Made by a program: the position numbers and the translations under genes
Part shown: positions 54,519 to 63,966 of the stretch, piece by piece
Position numbering within the stretch: position 1 is the first letter of the stretch
Layout: each line of letters begins with the position of its first letter
Assembly (NCBI GenBank): GCA_017514765.1
Contig: JAFWIU010000012.1
Span: 313 to 64,312 of the forward strand
Source of the DNA: Candidatus Saccharimonadota bacterium
Lineage (GTDB): Bacteria; Patescibacteriota; Saccharimonadia; Saccharimonadales; Saccharimonadaceae
Length of the DNA: 64,000 nt
Direction: 5' to 3'
The notes under the pieces: generated by a model
Told to the model about the DNA's origin: nothing
Database searches by the model: none
What the model saw: only the letters and a program-made list of their open reading frames with translations

Positions 54519-56363
54519 ATGTTTAAAAAGAAGAATCGAAGTAAAAGACGAAGTCGAGCGATGCTTTCGGCGTATTCGATTATCATGATTCTGATTATAC
54601 TGTTGGGTGTTTTGTCACATGTACTTCCAAAAGCAAAATATGCTCCAGTCGGATTGGATGATGATAGTGCGAGTGTCGAAGTTGGTCCAGGTGAGTGGGA
54701 AGGTGAAGCACCGGCTGGTGGTTCTGATGCCCTTCAGTCTGGCGAGCAAGCGGAAGAGTTGACATTGCCTGAAGGTGAGTCTTTTACGCCTGAGGTGGGC
54801 GATGAGGTAACCGATGAGGATTTGTCGACAGAGAAAAGTCGCATGATTACGGATGAGCCGGTTTCTGATGACGAGATGTCCAATCGAAGCGTTGAGGCTA
54901 GTGAAGACGTAGTGATGGCCGGTGAAGAAGTGACGACTACCGGTGAAAGCGAAGATGTAATGCTGATTGTCTCAGCCGAGAGCGAGACTTATGAGACGCT
55001 AGAGGCTTGCGAAGAGATTTATGGTGAAGATGGATGCGAAGTCGTGGACGGATCTGGTGTAGTAGGTGCAAAGTTGTATCAAGTATTGATGGCGCCTATT
55101 CTAGGGTTCGCCGATGCGATTGATGTGTGTATCTTTATTATGATGCTTGGTGGTTTGCTTGCGGTTGTGTCTAAGACAAAAGCTCTGGAAACCGGTATTA
55201 AGTTATTAGTGCATAAACTGCATGGTAAGGAATACTTGTTAATTGTATTGCTAATGTTTATCTTTTCGATACTTGGTACTACTTACGGGTTCCTTGAGGA
55301 AAGTGTCGGGTTCTATGTGCTAATTGCGGCGACAATGTTCGCGGCGGGTTTGGATCCGTTGGTGGGTGTCGCAACAATTCTCTTAGGCGCCGGTTCTGGT
55401 GTGTTAGGGTCTACGATTAACCCATTTGCAACTGGCGTGGCACTTTCGGCGATGAAGGATGCAGGAATTGAGTTTAGTCAGGGTACGGTGATTTTGATTG
55501 CTGTAGTATTGTGGCTAACTACACTTGCGATTTCGGCATTCTTTGTGATTAAGTATGCTAAGAAAGTGCAGCGTGATAAAGGCTCGACGTTCTTGAGTTT
55601 GCGTGAGCAAGCGGCAGCCGAGAAGACTTACGGCAAGTTTTTGCGGGCACAAGGTGATGCAGCGAAGTTGACTGGTAAGCAGATTGCGACATTGGTAGTG
55701 TTTGCGATTACGTTCCTAGTGATGATTGTTGGGTTTATTCCTTGGGGTGAGTTTGGTATTACCTTCTTTGATTCCTGGACGGGATGGCTTACTGGTGCAT
55801 CGCTGGGTAACTGGTGGTTCTACGAAGCGTCACTCTGGTTCCTCATTTGTGCAATTATTATCGCAATTATTAATCGTCAGGGTGAACACGGATTTGTAGA
55901 CGCCTTTGTAGACGGTGCGGATGATATGATTGGGGTGGCTCTTGTGATTGCAGTGGCACGTGGCGCATCGGTCTTGATGGCCGAGACTTCACTTGATAAC
56001 TTTATCATCGTGAACGCCGCGGAAGGTCTAAGGAATTTGCCTGAAATGGCATTTGTGCCTTTGAACTACCTACTTCACGTGGTGTTGTCGGTATTGGTAC
56101 CATCATCTTCGGGTCTCGCAACTTTATCAACGCCAATTATTGCGCCGGTGGCAGCAAATCTTGGTTACAGTACCGATGTAGCAGCAATGACAATTGTGGC
56201 AGCAAATGGTCTTGTAAACTTGATTACACCAACCTGTGGTGCAATTATGGGTGGCCTCGCACTTGCTAGAGTTGATTACTCCACTTGGTTTAAGTGGGGA
56301 ATGAGGGCGGTCGCATGTATAGCAGTAGTTAATATCATAGTGCTTTGTTTGTTCTCGCTATAG
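54519..56363 (+). CDS. YfcC/ArcD-type putative arginine/ornithine antiporter with large acidic loop insertion
   Basis: SAYSIIMILII, YGFLEESVGFY, GSTINPFATG, VPSSSGLA, LITPT; follows arcA. Confidence 0.8.
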   Translation: MFKKKNRSKRRSRAMLSAYSIIMILIILLGVLSHVLPKAKYAPVGLDDDSASVEVGPGEWEGEAPAGGSDALQSGEQAEELTLPEGESFTPEVGDEVTDEDLSTEKSRMITDEPVSDDEMSNRSVEASEDVVMAGEEVTTTGESEDVMLIVSAESETYETLEACEEIYGEDGCEVVDGSGVVGAKLYQVLMAPILGFADAIDVCIFIMMLGGLLAVVSKTKALETGIKLLVHKLHGKEYLLIVLLMFIFSILGTTYGFLEESVGFYVLIAATMFAAGLDPLVGVATILLGAGSGVLGSTINPFATGVALSAMKDAGIEFSQGTVILIAVVLWLTTLAISAFFVIKYAKKVQRDKGSTFLSLREQAAAEKTYGKFLRAQGDAAKLTGKQIATLVVFAITFLVMIVGFIPWGEFGITFFDSWTGWLTGASLGNWWFYEASLWFLICAIIIAIINRQGEHGFVDAFVDGADDMIGVALVIAVARGASVLMAETSLDNFIIVNAAEGLRNLPEMAFVPLNYLLHVVLSVLVPSSSGLATLSTPIIAPVAANLGYSTDVAAMTIVAANGLVNLITPTCGAIMGGLALARVDYSTWFKWGMRAVACIAVVNIIVLCLFSL

Positions 56364-56554
56364 AACAACAAAAAGGTGTTTTCTAAAGCTTGGACTTTTA
56401 AACTGTAAGACCTGCAACACAAGGTAAGAAAAAATCTCCTTATTCGCCCTTCGGGCTGAGGGAGATTTTTTCGTTGTTGAGTTGCAGAGCTTACAGTTTA
56501 GAAATCTGGTCTAAATCTCATTATGCTTTAGAAAACACCTTTTTGTTATTCTAT
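56360..56554. mobile_element. MITE-like long nested inverted repeat (~195 bp)
   Basis: Perfect 23-bp IR AACAAAAAGGTGTTTTCTAAAGC (56367-56389) / 56525-56547, extendable to ~30 bp with 1 mismatch; inner arms AAACTGTAAG, CTGCAAC, GAAAAAATCTCC; central TTCG loop. Confidence 0.55.
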
Positions 56555-56571
56555 GTGGTATAATAAAGATT

Positions 56572-58188
56572 ATGGATAAACTACAGTTTGATGGGCCTGT
56601 GGTCCTGGCAGTATTAGATGGGGTGGGGTTGGCGCCAGATGCACCTGGTAATGCGGTGAGTCGGGCGAGGACACCGTTTCTGGGAAATGCGGCGAGAGAT
56701 TGTTTGCATGTAGCACTTAATGCTTCGGGTGAAGCAGTGGGGCTTTTGCCTGGGCAGATGGGGAATTCGGAAGTGGGTCACAACACGATGGGGTCAGGTC
56801 AAGTGATTAAACAGGGTGTTGCGCACATTGAAGAAGCGTTTGCGACCGGAAAAATATTTGAATCAGAGGCTTGGAGGGGGTTGATTACGCGAATTATATC
56901 AGAAAACTATGCTAGTGGTGAAAGGAATCAAAAGGCGACTTTGCATTTTGCGGGAATTTTTTCGGATGGGGGAGTGCATAGTCATATTTCGCATCTTGAG
57001 CAGATGATTGTGAAAGCCTATGAGCAGGGGGTGCGGCGGATGAGAGTGCATGCGATTTTTGATGGGAGGGATGTGCCACCGCAAGCTGAGCCGAAGTTCA
57101 TTCGGAGATTTGAAGATTTTGCAAAACGATTTGAGGGCGCCGATATTAAGATAGCTTCTGGCGGTGGGCGGATGGTGTGCGTGGCAGATAGATATGAGAA
57201 CGATTGGTCGGTGGTAGCGAGAGGCTGGGATATGATGGTAAACGCACAAGCTGATTATTTCTTCAAATCAGCGGAAGAGGCAGTCATGACGCTGAGGCGA
57301 ATTAATCCAGAAGTGCAGGATCAGTATCTGCCAGCTTTTGTGATTGTAGACGATGATGACCGACCAGTAGGGCAGATTAAAAAAGGTGATGCTTTGGTGT
57401 ATTTTGACTTTCGGGCAGATAGAGCTATTGAAATTGCACAGGCGTTTACTTATTGGGATTTTCCTTATTTCAACCGTGGCAGCTATACACCAGATGACGT
57501 GTATTTTGTGGGGATGACGGAGTATAATTCGGATACACATGTACCGGAACACCGTTTGGTGGAGCCGGTGAAAATTACGGAGACTTTGAGTCGATTCTTG
57601 GGCGAGAAGGGTGTTAATCAGTTGGCGATTTCGGAGACGGTGAAGTATGGGCATATTACATATTATTTTAATGGAAATAGTTATGATAAGGTGTCGGGTG
57701 AGGAGTTTACGGAAGTAGAATCGTATGTGGAGCCATTCGAAACGAGACCATGGATGCGATGTGCAGAGATTACAGATACACTAATTCGGGAACTGTCGAA
57801 CTATAAGTTTGTGCGTGTGAATTATCCAGGTGGTGATATGGTGGGGCATACGGCGAATATGGAGGCGACAATTGTGGCGATGGAAGCGATTGATCTGTCT
57901 CTTGCGAGGTTGGCAGAAAAAATAAATGAATTAGGTGGGTGCATGGTGATAGTGGCGGATCATGGAAATGCAGAAGAATTATTGGATGCGGAGGGGAAGC
58001 CGAAGACTGCGCATACGACTAATAAAGTGCCTTGTATTATTTATGATAAGACTGAGAATCGGTTGAAGTATCAATTAAGTGAAGTGGCGGAGCCGGGTTT
58101 GGCGAATCTCGCTGCAACGATTGCCATGCTGCTAGGGTTTGATGACTATCCAGAACAATGGGATGCTGCATTAATTAAAGTTCAGTAA
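56572..58188 (+). CDS. gpmI: 2,3-bisphosphoglycerate-independent phosphoglycerate mutase
   Basis: VLDGVG, GQMGNSEVGH, DGGVHSH, DGRD, MVCVADRY, DFRADR, SETVKYGHITY, DMVGHT, ADHGNAE, AHT. Confidence 0.96.
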   Translation: MDKLQFDGPVVLAVLDGVGLAPDAPGNAVSRARTPFLGNAARDCLHVALNASGEAVGLLPGQMGNSEVGHNTMGSGQVIKQGVAHIEEAFATGKIFESEAWRGLITRIISENYASGERNQKATLHFAGIFSDGGVHSHISHLEQMIVKAYEQGVRRMRVHAIFDGRDVPPQAEPKFIRRFEDFAKRFEGADIKIASGGGRMVCVADRYENDWSVVARGWDMMVNAQADYFFKSAEEAVMTLRRINPEVQDQYLPAFVIVDDDDRPVGQIKKGDALVYFDFRADRAIEIAQAFTYWDFPYFNRGSYTPDDVYFVGMTEYNSDTHVPEHRLVEPVKITETLSRFLGEKGVNQLAISETVKYGHITYYFNGNSYDKVSGEEFTEVESYVEPFETRPWMRCAEITDTLIRELSNYKFVRVNYPGGDMVGHTANMEATIVAMEAIDLSLARLAEKINELGGCMVIVADHGNAEELLDAEGKPKTAHTTNKVPCIIYDKTENRLKYQLSEVAEPGLANLAATIAMLLGFDDYPEQWDAALIKVQ

Positions 58189-58193
58189 GCGTA

Positions 58194-58240
58194 ATTAATA
58201 ATATCCTGTTTTACACTCACTCAATCAGGATATTATTAAT
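58194..58240. terminator. Bidirectional hairpin between convergent gpmI and galU-like genes
   Basis: Perfect 15-bp IR ATTAATAATATCCTG/CAGGATATTATTAAT with 17-nt loop. Confidence 0.65.
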
Positions 58241-58249
58241 CAAGTATTA

Positions 58250-59080
58250 TTAATTATTGCAGACGACGTTGTTGGCGTGGAGCCAGCCTTCAACGGAACC
58301 GCCGTCGAGGTATTCGCCGGTGGTTTTCGCGATGCGCATGACACCATTGTCTTTAATGTATTCATCGATGGGGTCGGTAACCAGGTATTCTTGGTCCTTA
58401 GGACCGAAGTTGTGTTCATTGACATATCTGACAATACGTTGTAGGAGATCGGGAGACATGATGTACTTGGAGACATTGATAAGATTAGAGGGTGCCTCAT
58501 CGACGGTTGGTTTTTCGACGATGTCGACTAGTTTGCCGTCTTTACTAGACAACACACCGTATTTCTCGACGGCGTTTTTATCGATTTCGACGCCGAGTAT
58601 GGCGGAATCATCGTCGCGTTGGACTGACTTAATGAGGGCTTCGGTGGCAGATTCGCCGCCTGGATTCCAGATGAAGTCATCGCCCATGAAGACAAGTACT
58701 GGCTCGTCGATTTTAAATTCTTCGACAGCGAGGGCGATGGGGACGGCAGTGCCGTATTTGGCGGAGGGGTCTTGAGAGACGTAGTGAACTTTGACGTCGT
58801 CGGGTAAGGTTTTGGCTATTTCGAGTTTGTCTTCCTTGCCGCGTTCGATAAGGTATTGGTTAAGAGCTAAGTTGTCTTTGTAGAACTCGCGGACTTGGCA
58901 GGGTTCGACGTTGGAAATCACTAAGTAGATATCTTTGACGCCGGCGTCGACAAGTTCTTGGACTGAATAGTCTACGAGCGGACGATTGCCGACTGGGAGC
59001 ATGGATTTCTCGATAATTTTGGTGATTGGAAGCCTCCTGGTACCCCAACCGGCGACTGGAATGATAGCTTTTGTAATCAT
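58250..59080 (-). CDS. galU: Sugar-phosphate nucleotidyltransferase (UTP-glucose-1-phosphate uridylyltransferase-like)
   Basis: IIPVAGWGTRRLP-TK---K-MLPV, GDD, KYGV, VEKP, YLDGG. Confidence 0.7.
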   Translation of the reverse strand: MITKAIIPVAGWGTRRLPITKIIEKSMLPVGNRPLVDYSVQELVDAGVKDIYLVISNVEPCQVREFYKDNLALNQYLIERGKEDKLEIAKTLPDDVKVHYVSQDPSAKYGTAVPIALAVEEFKIDEPVLVFMGDDFIWNPGGESATEALIKSVQRDDDSAILGVEIDKNAVEKYGVLSSKDGKLVDIVEKPTVDEAPSNLINVSKYIMSPDLLQRIVRYVNEHNFGPKDQEYLVTDPIDEYIKDNGVMRIAKTTGEYLDGGSVEGWLHANNVVCNN

Positions 59081-59155
59081 TTGATAATTCCTATTAAGTT
59101 ATGGGTTAATTGTAGCATATTTGTGATATAATGATAAGCGTAAGGAGAATAGAAT

Positions 59156-59773
59156 ATGGAACCGAATCAAAATGTAAATAGTGCACAAAGATCAGCGACC
59201 AGTGCAACGAGCGCAGTTGGCGCGACTGTTGGTGCACCAAGTGCTGCGGGTGGATTAGATGCCTCGGGTGCTGCAAGTGCGTTAAATGCACCGGAAACTG
59301 CAAGTACTTCGGATAAGTCAGGGGATGATGTAGTGTTTCGGGATAAGCCGAAAAGGAATACTGGGATGATCCTCGGGATGGTTTTGCTAGGTATTTTGGC
59401 GGTTGGCGGAATTGCGTTTGGGGTGTGGGAGATGATGGATGGAAATAAACGTGTAGATGATTTGAATAACCAAATAAGTACGTTGAAGACGCAGAATAGT
59501 GAGTTGGCGGATAAAGTGAATGAATTGAAAGAATCGCATTCAGAGATGCAGACGAATATTGCAGGCAACCAAGAAGCAATTGAAGAGATGCAAGAAGAGG
59601 CGCTAAACGAGGAAGGGGGTGGGTATCGTGTTTTGTCTATTGGTGATTGTGTTTCCGATGGTGGTACTACTGATAGTACATTGGTTGTGAAATGTGATGT
59701 AGAAACTAGTGTTGGTGCTGGTAAGTTTGTCTATGATTCGGAGAGTAATACTTTGAAGCTGGTGTTGAACTAG
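59156..59773 (+). CDS. Hypothetical single-pass membrane protein with coiled coil
   Basis: Ala/Ser-rich N-terminus, one TM, heptad-rich segment, small C-terminal domain with two Cys. Confidence 0.7.
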   Translation: MEPNQNVNSAQRSATSATSAVGATVGAPSAAGGLDASGAASALNAPETASTSDKSGDDVVFRDKPKRNTGMILGMVLLGILAVGGIAFGVWEMMDGNKRVDDLNNQISTLKTQNSELADKVNELKESHSEMQTNIAGNQEAIEEMQEEALNEEGGGYRVLSIGDCVSDGGTTDSTLVVKCDVETSVGAGKFVYDSESNTLKLVLN

Positions 59774-59797
59774 ACACCCTAGTAACTATGCAATGAA

Positions 59798-59835
59798 TTA
59801 GCACTCTTGACATGGGAGTGCTAATTTTATATAAT
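59798..59835 (+). promoter_or_regulatory. CIRCE element (HrcA operator) overlapping a sigma70 promoter
   Basis: TTAGCACTC-ttgacatgg-GAGTGCTAA (59798-59824), exact consensus with 9-nt spacer containing TTGACA; TATAAT at 59830-59835 (17-nt spacing). Confidence 0.93.
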
Positions 59836-59844
59836 GAGGGTATT

Positions 59845-62313
59845 ATGCAAGCAGAATTTAGTGAAATTATGAATAAACTGTCGGAGAATGCAAGGTTTGC
59901 TTTGCAGAAGGCCGATTATTACAGTAAAAGATACAACAACGGATACATGGGGACGGAACATCTGCTACTTGGAATTATGTCGATGGATAATTCGACGGGT
60001 GCGAAGTTGGTGCGCGAAGAAGGTGCTACAGTAGAGGAGGTGGAAAAGGCGCTGAATAAAGTCGCGGTAGAGGTGCCGGGTTCGGATATGGCGATGATGT
60101 CGCTCTCGGAGGCGGTGATTCTGACGCTCCGGATGGCGCAGAATTATACGATGGAGCAAGGACTCTCAGTGATCGGGACGGAGCATATATTATATGCATT
60201 GTTGTCGCAGCCGAATTCGCGGGCGTCGCTGATCTTGAGCGGATTAAAAGTAGATAGCGAGAAGATATTGGATGAAATTGAGCGCATGGTAGAAGAGCAG
60301 ACGAAGGACGAGAGACTAAAGGCGGAGAGGGCGAAGTATACGAACAAGAAACAATTTAAATTCTTGACGCGATATGGTAAGGATTTGACGGAAGAGGCGA
60401 AGCAAGGGAATCTGGATGCGGTAATTGGGCGTGAAAATGAAATTGAACGGGTGGTGACGGTGCTATCTCGTAGAACGAAATCAAATCCGGTGCTGATTGG
60501 AGAGGCTGGGGTAGGTAAGACGGCGATTGTGGAAGGGCTTGCGACGAGGATTTCGAAAAACGAAGTGCCGGGAAATTTGATTGGCAAACATATTTATCAG
60601 GTAGATTTGTCGTCTTTGGTCGCGGGAACGAAATTCCGAGGTGAATTTGAAGAGCGGATTAAGGGAGTGATTGACGAAGCGATTTCGGATGATTCGGTGC
60701 TACTATTCATTGATGAGATTCATTTGCTTTGTGGGGCGGGATCGAGTGAAGGGTCGATGGATGCGGCGAATATTTTGAAGCCGGCGCTGGCGCGAAATAA
60801 GATTAATTTGATTGGTGCGACGACTTTGGATGAATATCGGAAGACGGTAGAGAAGGATAAGGCCTTATCGCGACGGTTCCAGACGGTGATGGTAGAGGAG
60901 CCCTCAGCGGCGGTGACGCTTCGAATTTTGAAGGGCATTAAAAGTCATTATGAGAAGCATCACGGAGTGGTAATTCCGGATACTTGTCTTGAAACAGCGA
61001 TTGTGATGGGGCAGAGGTACATTAATGATCGATTTATGCCGGATAAGGTGATTGATATCATTGACGAGGCGTCGGCGATTTGTAAAGTGGCTGCGGATAA
61101 GAAGGGTGGCGGTAAGTATAAGAAGATGAAGATTGAGATGACTGGTCTCGAGAAAAAGATTGAAGAAGCGGCGGAAGCGGAAGATTATGAAAAGGCGGCG
61201 GAGTACAAGACGGAGTATGAGAGGTTGAAAAAAGAAGTGAAGAAACTGGAGAAGTCTGGTGTGAAGGAGTCTGTGACGCCGAAACTTACGGAAGAGAATC
61301 TCGCGACGGCAGTGTCGCTTAAGACTGGGATTCCGGTGTCGAAAGTGCATGGGTCGGAAATGAAAATGTTGATGGAACTAGAAGACCACATTAAGGAATC
61401 GATTATCGGTCAGGATGAGGCGGTGTCAGCGGTGGCGAAGGCGATTCGGCGAGGGCGTTCTGGTATCGCGGATGCGAGAAGGCCGATTGGTTCGTTCCTA
61501 TTCATGGGTCCGACTGGTGTAGGTAAGACGGAACTAGCGCGGGTAATTGCACGCGAGGTGTTTGGTGGGGAGAATGCGTTGGTGAAAATTGACATGTCGG
61601 AATTTGGCGAGAAGCATAATGTATCGAGACTAGTTGGTGCGCCGGCTGGGTATATTGGTTATGATGATGGTGGGAAACTAACCGAGGCGGTGCGACGGAA
61701 GCCTTATTCGGTGATACTGTTTGACGAAATTGAAAAGGCACATCCGGATGTATTTAATTTGCTACTGCAGATATTGGAAGATGGCGTGTTGACGGATGGG
61801 CAGGGGAATAAGATTAAATTCAATAATACGATAGTGATTTTGACTTCTAACTTGGGCTCGGCGGATATGTATAGAGAAAGTGAACTTGGGTTTACGGCGA
61901 AGACGGCGAAGGACAAGAAGGCGCTGGCGGAAGAGTACGAAGAGAACAAGTCATATGCGATGAAGGCGCTTAAAAAAGTGATGCGTCCAGAGCTGATTAA
62001 TCGGCTAGATAATATCTTAGTATTCCATGCGCTGACAAAGAAGGATGTGGAGAGGATTTTCGATAATCTGATTGATGATTTACGCAAACGGCTCGCGACG
62101 AAGGGAGTGGGGATAAAGGTGGAGTCGAAGGCGAGAGATTATCTGATTAATAAAGGGTATGACCCGAAGAATGGAGCGAGACCGCTTAGACGCTGCATCG
62201 AGGACGAGGTAGAATCAATGCTTTCGGAGGAGATTATTAAAGGAGAGCTGAAGAAAGGTGATATACCGGTTCTGAAACTGGTTGGTAAGAAATTAAAGTT
62301 AGTAAAGGAGTAA
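59845..62313 (+). CDS. clpC: ATP-dependent Clp protease ATPase subunit ClpC
   Basis: Clp-N repeats ([16 protein letters not shown]), [17 protein letters not shown]-like [23 protein letters not shown]; start ATG 59845. Confidence 0.93.
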   Translation: MQAEFSEIMNKLSENARFALQKADYYSKRYNNGYMGTEHLLLGIMSMDNSTGAKLVREEGATVEEVEKALNKVAVEVPGSDMAMMSLSEAVILTLRMAQNYTMEQGLSVIGTEHILYALLSQPNSRASLILSGLKVDSEKILDEIERMVEEQTKDERLKAERAKYTNKKQFKFLTRYGKDLTEEAKQGNLDAVIGRENEIERVVTVLSRRTKSNPVLIGEAGVGKTAIVEGLATRISKNEVPGNLIGKHIYQVDLSSLVAGTKFRGEFEERIKGVIDEAISDDSVLLFIDEIHLLCGAGSSEGSMDAANILKPALARNKINLIGATTLDEYRKTVEKDKALSRRFQTVMVEEPSAAVTLRILKGIKSHYEKHHGVVIPDTCLETAIVMGQRYINDRFMPDKVIDIIDEASAICKVAADKKGGGKYKKMKIEMTGLEKKIEEAAEAEDYEKAAEYKTEYERLKKEVKKLEKSGVKESVTPKLTEENLATAVSLKTGIPVSKVHGSEMKMLMELEDHIKESIIGQDEAVSAVAKAIRRGRSGIADARRPIGSFLFMGPTGVGKTELARVIAREVFGGENALVKIDMSEFGEKHNVSRLVGAPAGYIGYDDGGKLTEAVRRKPYSVILFDEIEKAHPDVFNLLLQILEDGVLTDGQGNKIKFNNTIVILTSNLGSADMYRESELGFTAKTAKDKKALAEEYEENKSYAMKALKKVMRPELINRLDNILVFHALTKKDVERIFDNLIDDLRKRLATKGVGIKVESKARDYLINKGYDPKNGARPLRRCIEDEVESMLSEEIIKGELKKGDIPVLKLVGKKLKLVKE

Positions 62314-62315
62314 TT

Positions 62316-62900
62316 ATGACAAAAAACTATTTGGTACCTACGGTAGTAGAAGAAACTAATAAGGGTGAGAGGGCGTATGATATTTATTCGCGGCTACTTA
62401 ACGATAGGATTGTTTTCCTGGGCGAAGACGTGAATCCGCATACGGCGAACCTGGTGATTGCGCAGATGTTGTATCTCGCGCATGAGGATCCAAAGAAACC
62501 GATTAAACTCTATATTAATTCGCCTGGTGGGTCGGTATATGATGGGCTCGCGATTATTGATACGATGAATTATATTGAACCTGATGTGGAGACGATTGGG
62601 ATAGGACTCCAGGCTTCGATGGGTGCGATGCTATTATCGTCTGGCGCGAAAGGTAAAAGGTATTGTTTGCCGAATTCGCGGATTATGATTCATCAGCCGT
62701 CGTCGGGAACAGAAGGCAAGATTACGGATCAGGAAATTATGTTGCGTGAGGGTGTGTTCTTGAAAAAGCGCTTGGCTGAGATTTTTGCGAAAAATACGGG
62801 GAAAGATTTGAAGACGGTGGAAAAGGATATGGACCGCGATAACTGGATGAGCGCGGAAGAAGCCAAGAGTTATGGGATTATTGATGAGATAATATCTTGA
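62316..62900 (+). CDS. clpP: Clp protease proteolytic subunit
   Basis: [27 protein letters not shown] (S), MIHQP (H), RDNWM (D). Confidence 0.97.
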   Translation: MTKNYLVPTVVEETNKGERAYDIYSRLLNDRIVFLGEDVNPHTANLVIAQMLYLAHEDPKKPIKLYINSPGGSVYDGLAIIDTMNYIEPDVETIGIGLQASMGAMLLSSGAKGKRYCLPNSRIMIHQPSSGTEGKITDQEIMLREGVFLKKRLAEIFAKNTGKDLKTVEKDMDRDNWMSAEEAKSYGIIDEIIS

Positions 62901-62976
62901 CCTTTTTTCTGGAGAAAAAGGTCAGCAAAAAAGACTAGTAAGAAAATTAAAATGGAAGTGATTCCATTTTAATTTT
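62897..62976. terminator. Two hairpins between convergent clpP and fic
   Basis: TGACCTTTTTT-CTGG-AGAAAAAGGTCA and perfect 15-bp AAAATTAAAATGGAA-GTGA-TTCCATTTTAATTTT (62943-62976). Confidence 0.65.
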
Positions 62977-62993
62977 TGATAATGATTTGTTGT

Positions 62994-63569
62994 CTAAGGT
63001 AATGGATGCAGGTGAGAAAGAATAAGCTCTTGGAGGGGCTTGTAGTCTAGTTTGAAGGAGGCTTTGGAGGCGGCGATCATTTCATCCTGAGTGATGCCAG
63101 CGTAGGAAAGGAAAAGGTTGTTCTGATAGGCGAGTTGGCGGATAAATTCGCGCTGGGCGCGACCGTTGCCTTCGCGGAAAGGGTGGAGGGCGTTGATTTC
63201 GGCGAGATAATAGACAAGACGTTCGGCGAGTTGATTAATCGGTAGGTCTTTAAGAAGCTTTTCTTTGTGTAGTTCGGTGAAGATGCGACTTGCTTCGGAT
63301 TCGATAGCGAAACAGCGACAAAATAGGTTGCCTTTGGCGATATCAACAGTGCGAACTTGGCCTGCCCAGACGTAGATATCTTGAAAGAGGTATTTGTGGA
63401 TGCGTTGGAGGTGGTCGAAATCATAATGGCCGACAAGGGGGGAGTTGAATAACTCTTCATTGCGATATTTAGTAAGGCGACGTTCGGCCTCTAAGAGTAA
63501 ATCGCGATTGTGGATGTTTAGTTTGTTCTTAAGCACATGTGAATTGGGATAACAATAAGGGTCTTGCAT
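62994..63569 (-). CDS. fic: Fic-family (FicT-like) adenylyltransferase toxin
   Basis: DPYCYPNSHVLKNKL, IHKYLFQDIY-WAG--R, canonical HPFREGNGRAQR. Confidence 0.93.
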   Translation of the reverse strand: MQDPYCYPNSHVLKNKLNIHNRDLLLEAERRLTKYRNEELFNSPLVGHYDFDHLQRIHKYLFQDIYVWAGQVRTVDIAKGNLFCRCFAIESEASRIFTELHKEKLLKDLPINQLAERLVYYLAEINALHPFREGNGRAQREFIRQLAYQNNLFLSYAGITQDEMIAASKASFKLDYKPLQELILSHLHPLP

Positions 63570-63578
63570 TTACTTCTT

Positions 63579-63938
63579 TTACCTCCCTTTGTATTCTGCG
63601 ATAGCTTTTTGACGGAGTTCTTCGGTGGTGGTTCTAGCTAGTTCGTAATCGCGAAGTTCTTGGAGGTCGCGCTCATCTAGTGGCATACCCTCAAGTTCAA
63701 AGTTGGCGACAACTTCGCGGATGCGTTCGTTGGCAGAAATGGGATAAGCGCCGGTACGGATGGGGAAGGGGATGCTCTTGGTCTCGTCGGCGCGAAGGAG
63801 CATCATACGAATGACGTCCGACGTGTTGGTGCCGAGGCTTTCGAAGAGGGCAGCGGTGCGCTCTTTGAGGTCGGCAGGAACGCGAACTTGGATTAGGTTG
63901 TTAGTAGACTTGTTGTGCTTAATTGTTGTAGTACTCAT
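63579..63938 (-). CDS. Antitoxin: RelB/DinJ-like ribbon-helix-helix fused to VbhA/FicA-like domain
   Basis: N-terminal IQVRVPADLKE---LFESLG--TSD-IRM-L---------PF; C-terminal VVANFELEGM-LD; 9 nt upstream of fic. Confidence 0.75.
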   Translation of the reverse strand: MSTTTIKHNKSTNNLIQVRVPADLKERTAALFESLGTNTSDVIRMMLLRADETKSIPFPIRTGAYPISANERIREVVANFELEGMPLDERDLQELRDYELARTTTEELRQKAIAEYKGR

Positions 63939-63945
63939 ACTACTA

Positions 63946-63966
63946 TTGTATGACAGTGTAATACAA
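63946..63966. promoter_or_regulatory. Candidate autoregulatory operator of the antitoxin-fic operon
   Basis: TTGTATGAC-AGT-GTAATACAA (9-bp IR, 1 mismatch) overlapping minus-strand TACAAT 6 nt upstream of the ATG. Confidence 0.6.

Noticed and set aside
54287-54586. 99-aa minus-strand ORF between arcA and the antiporter
   Set aside because: Overlaps both flanking plus-strand genes; AT-rich with no recognisable features.
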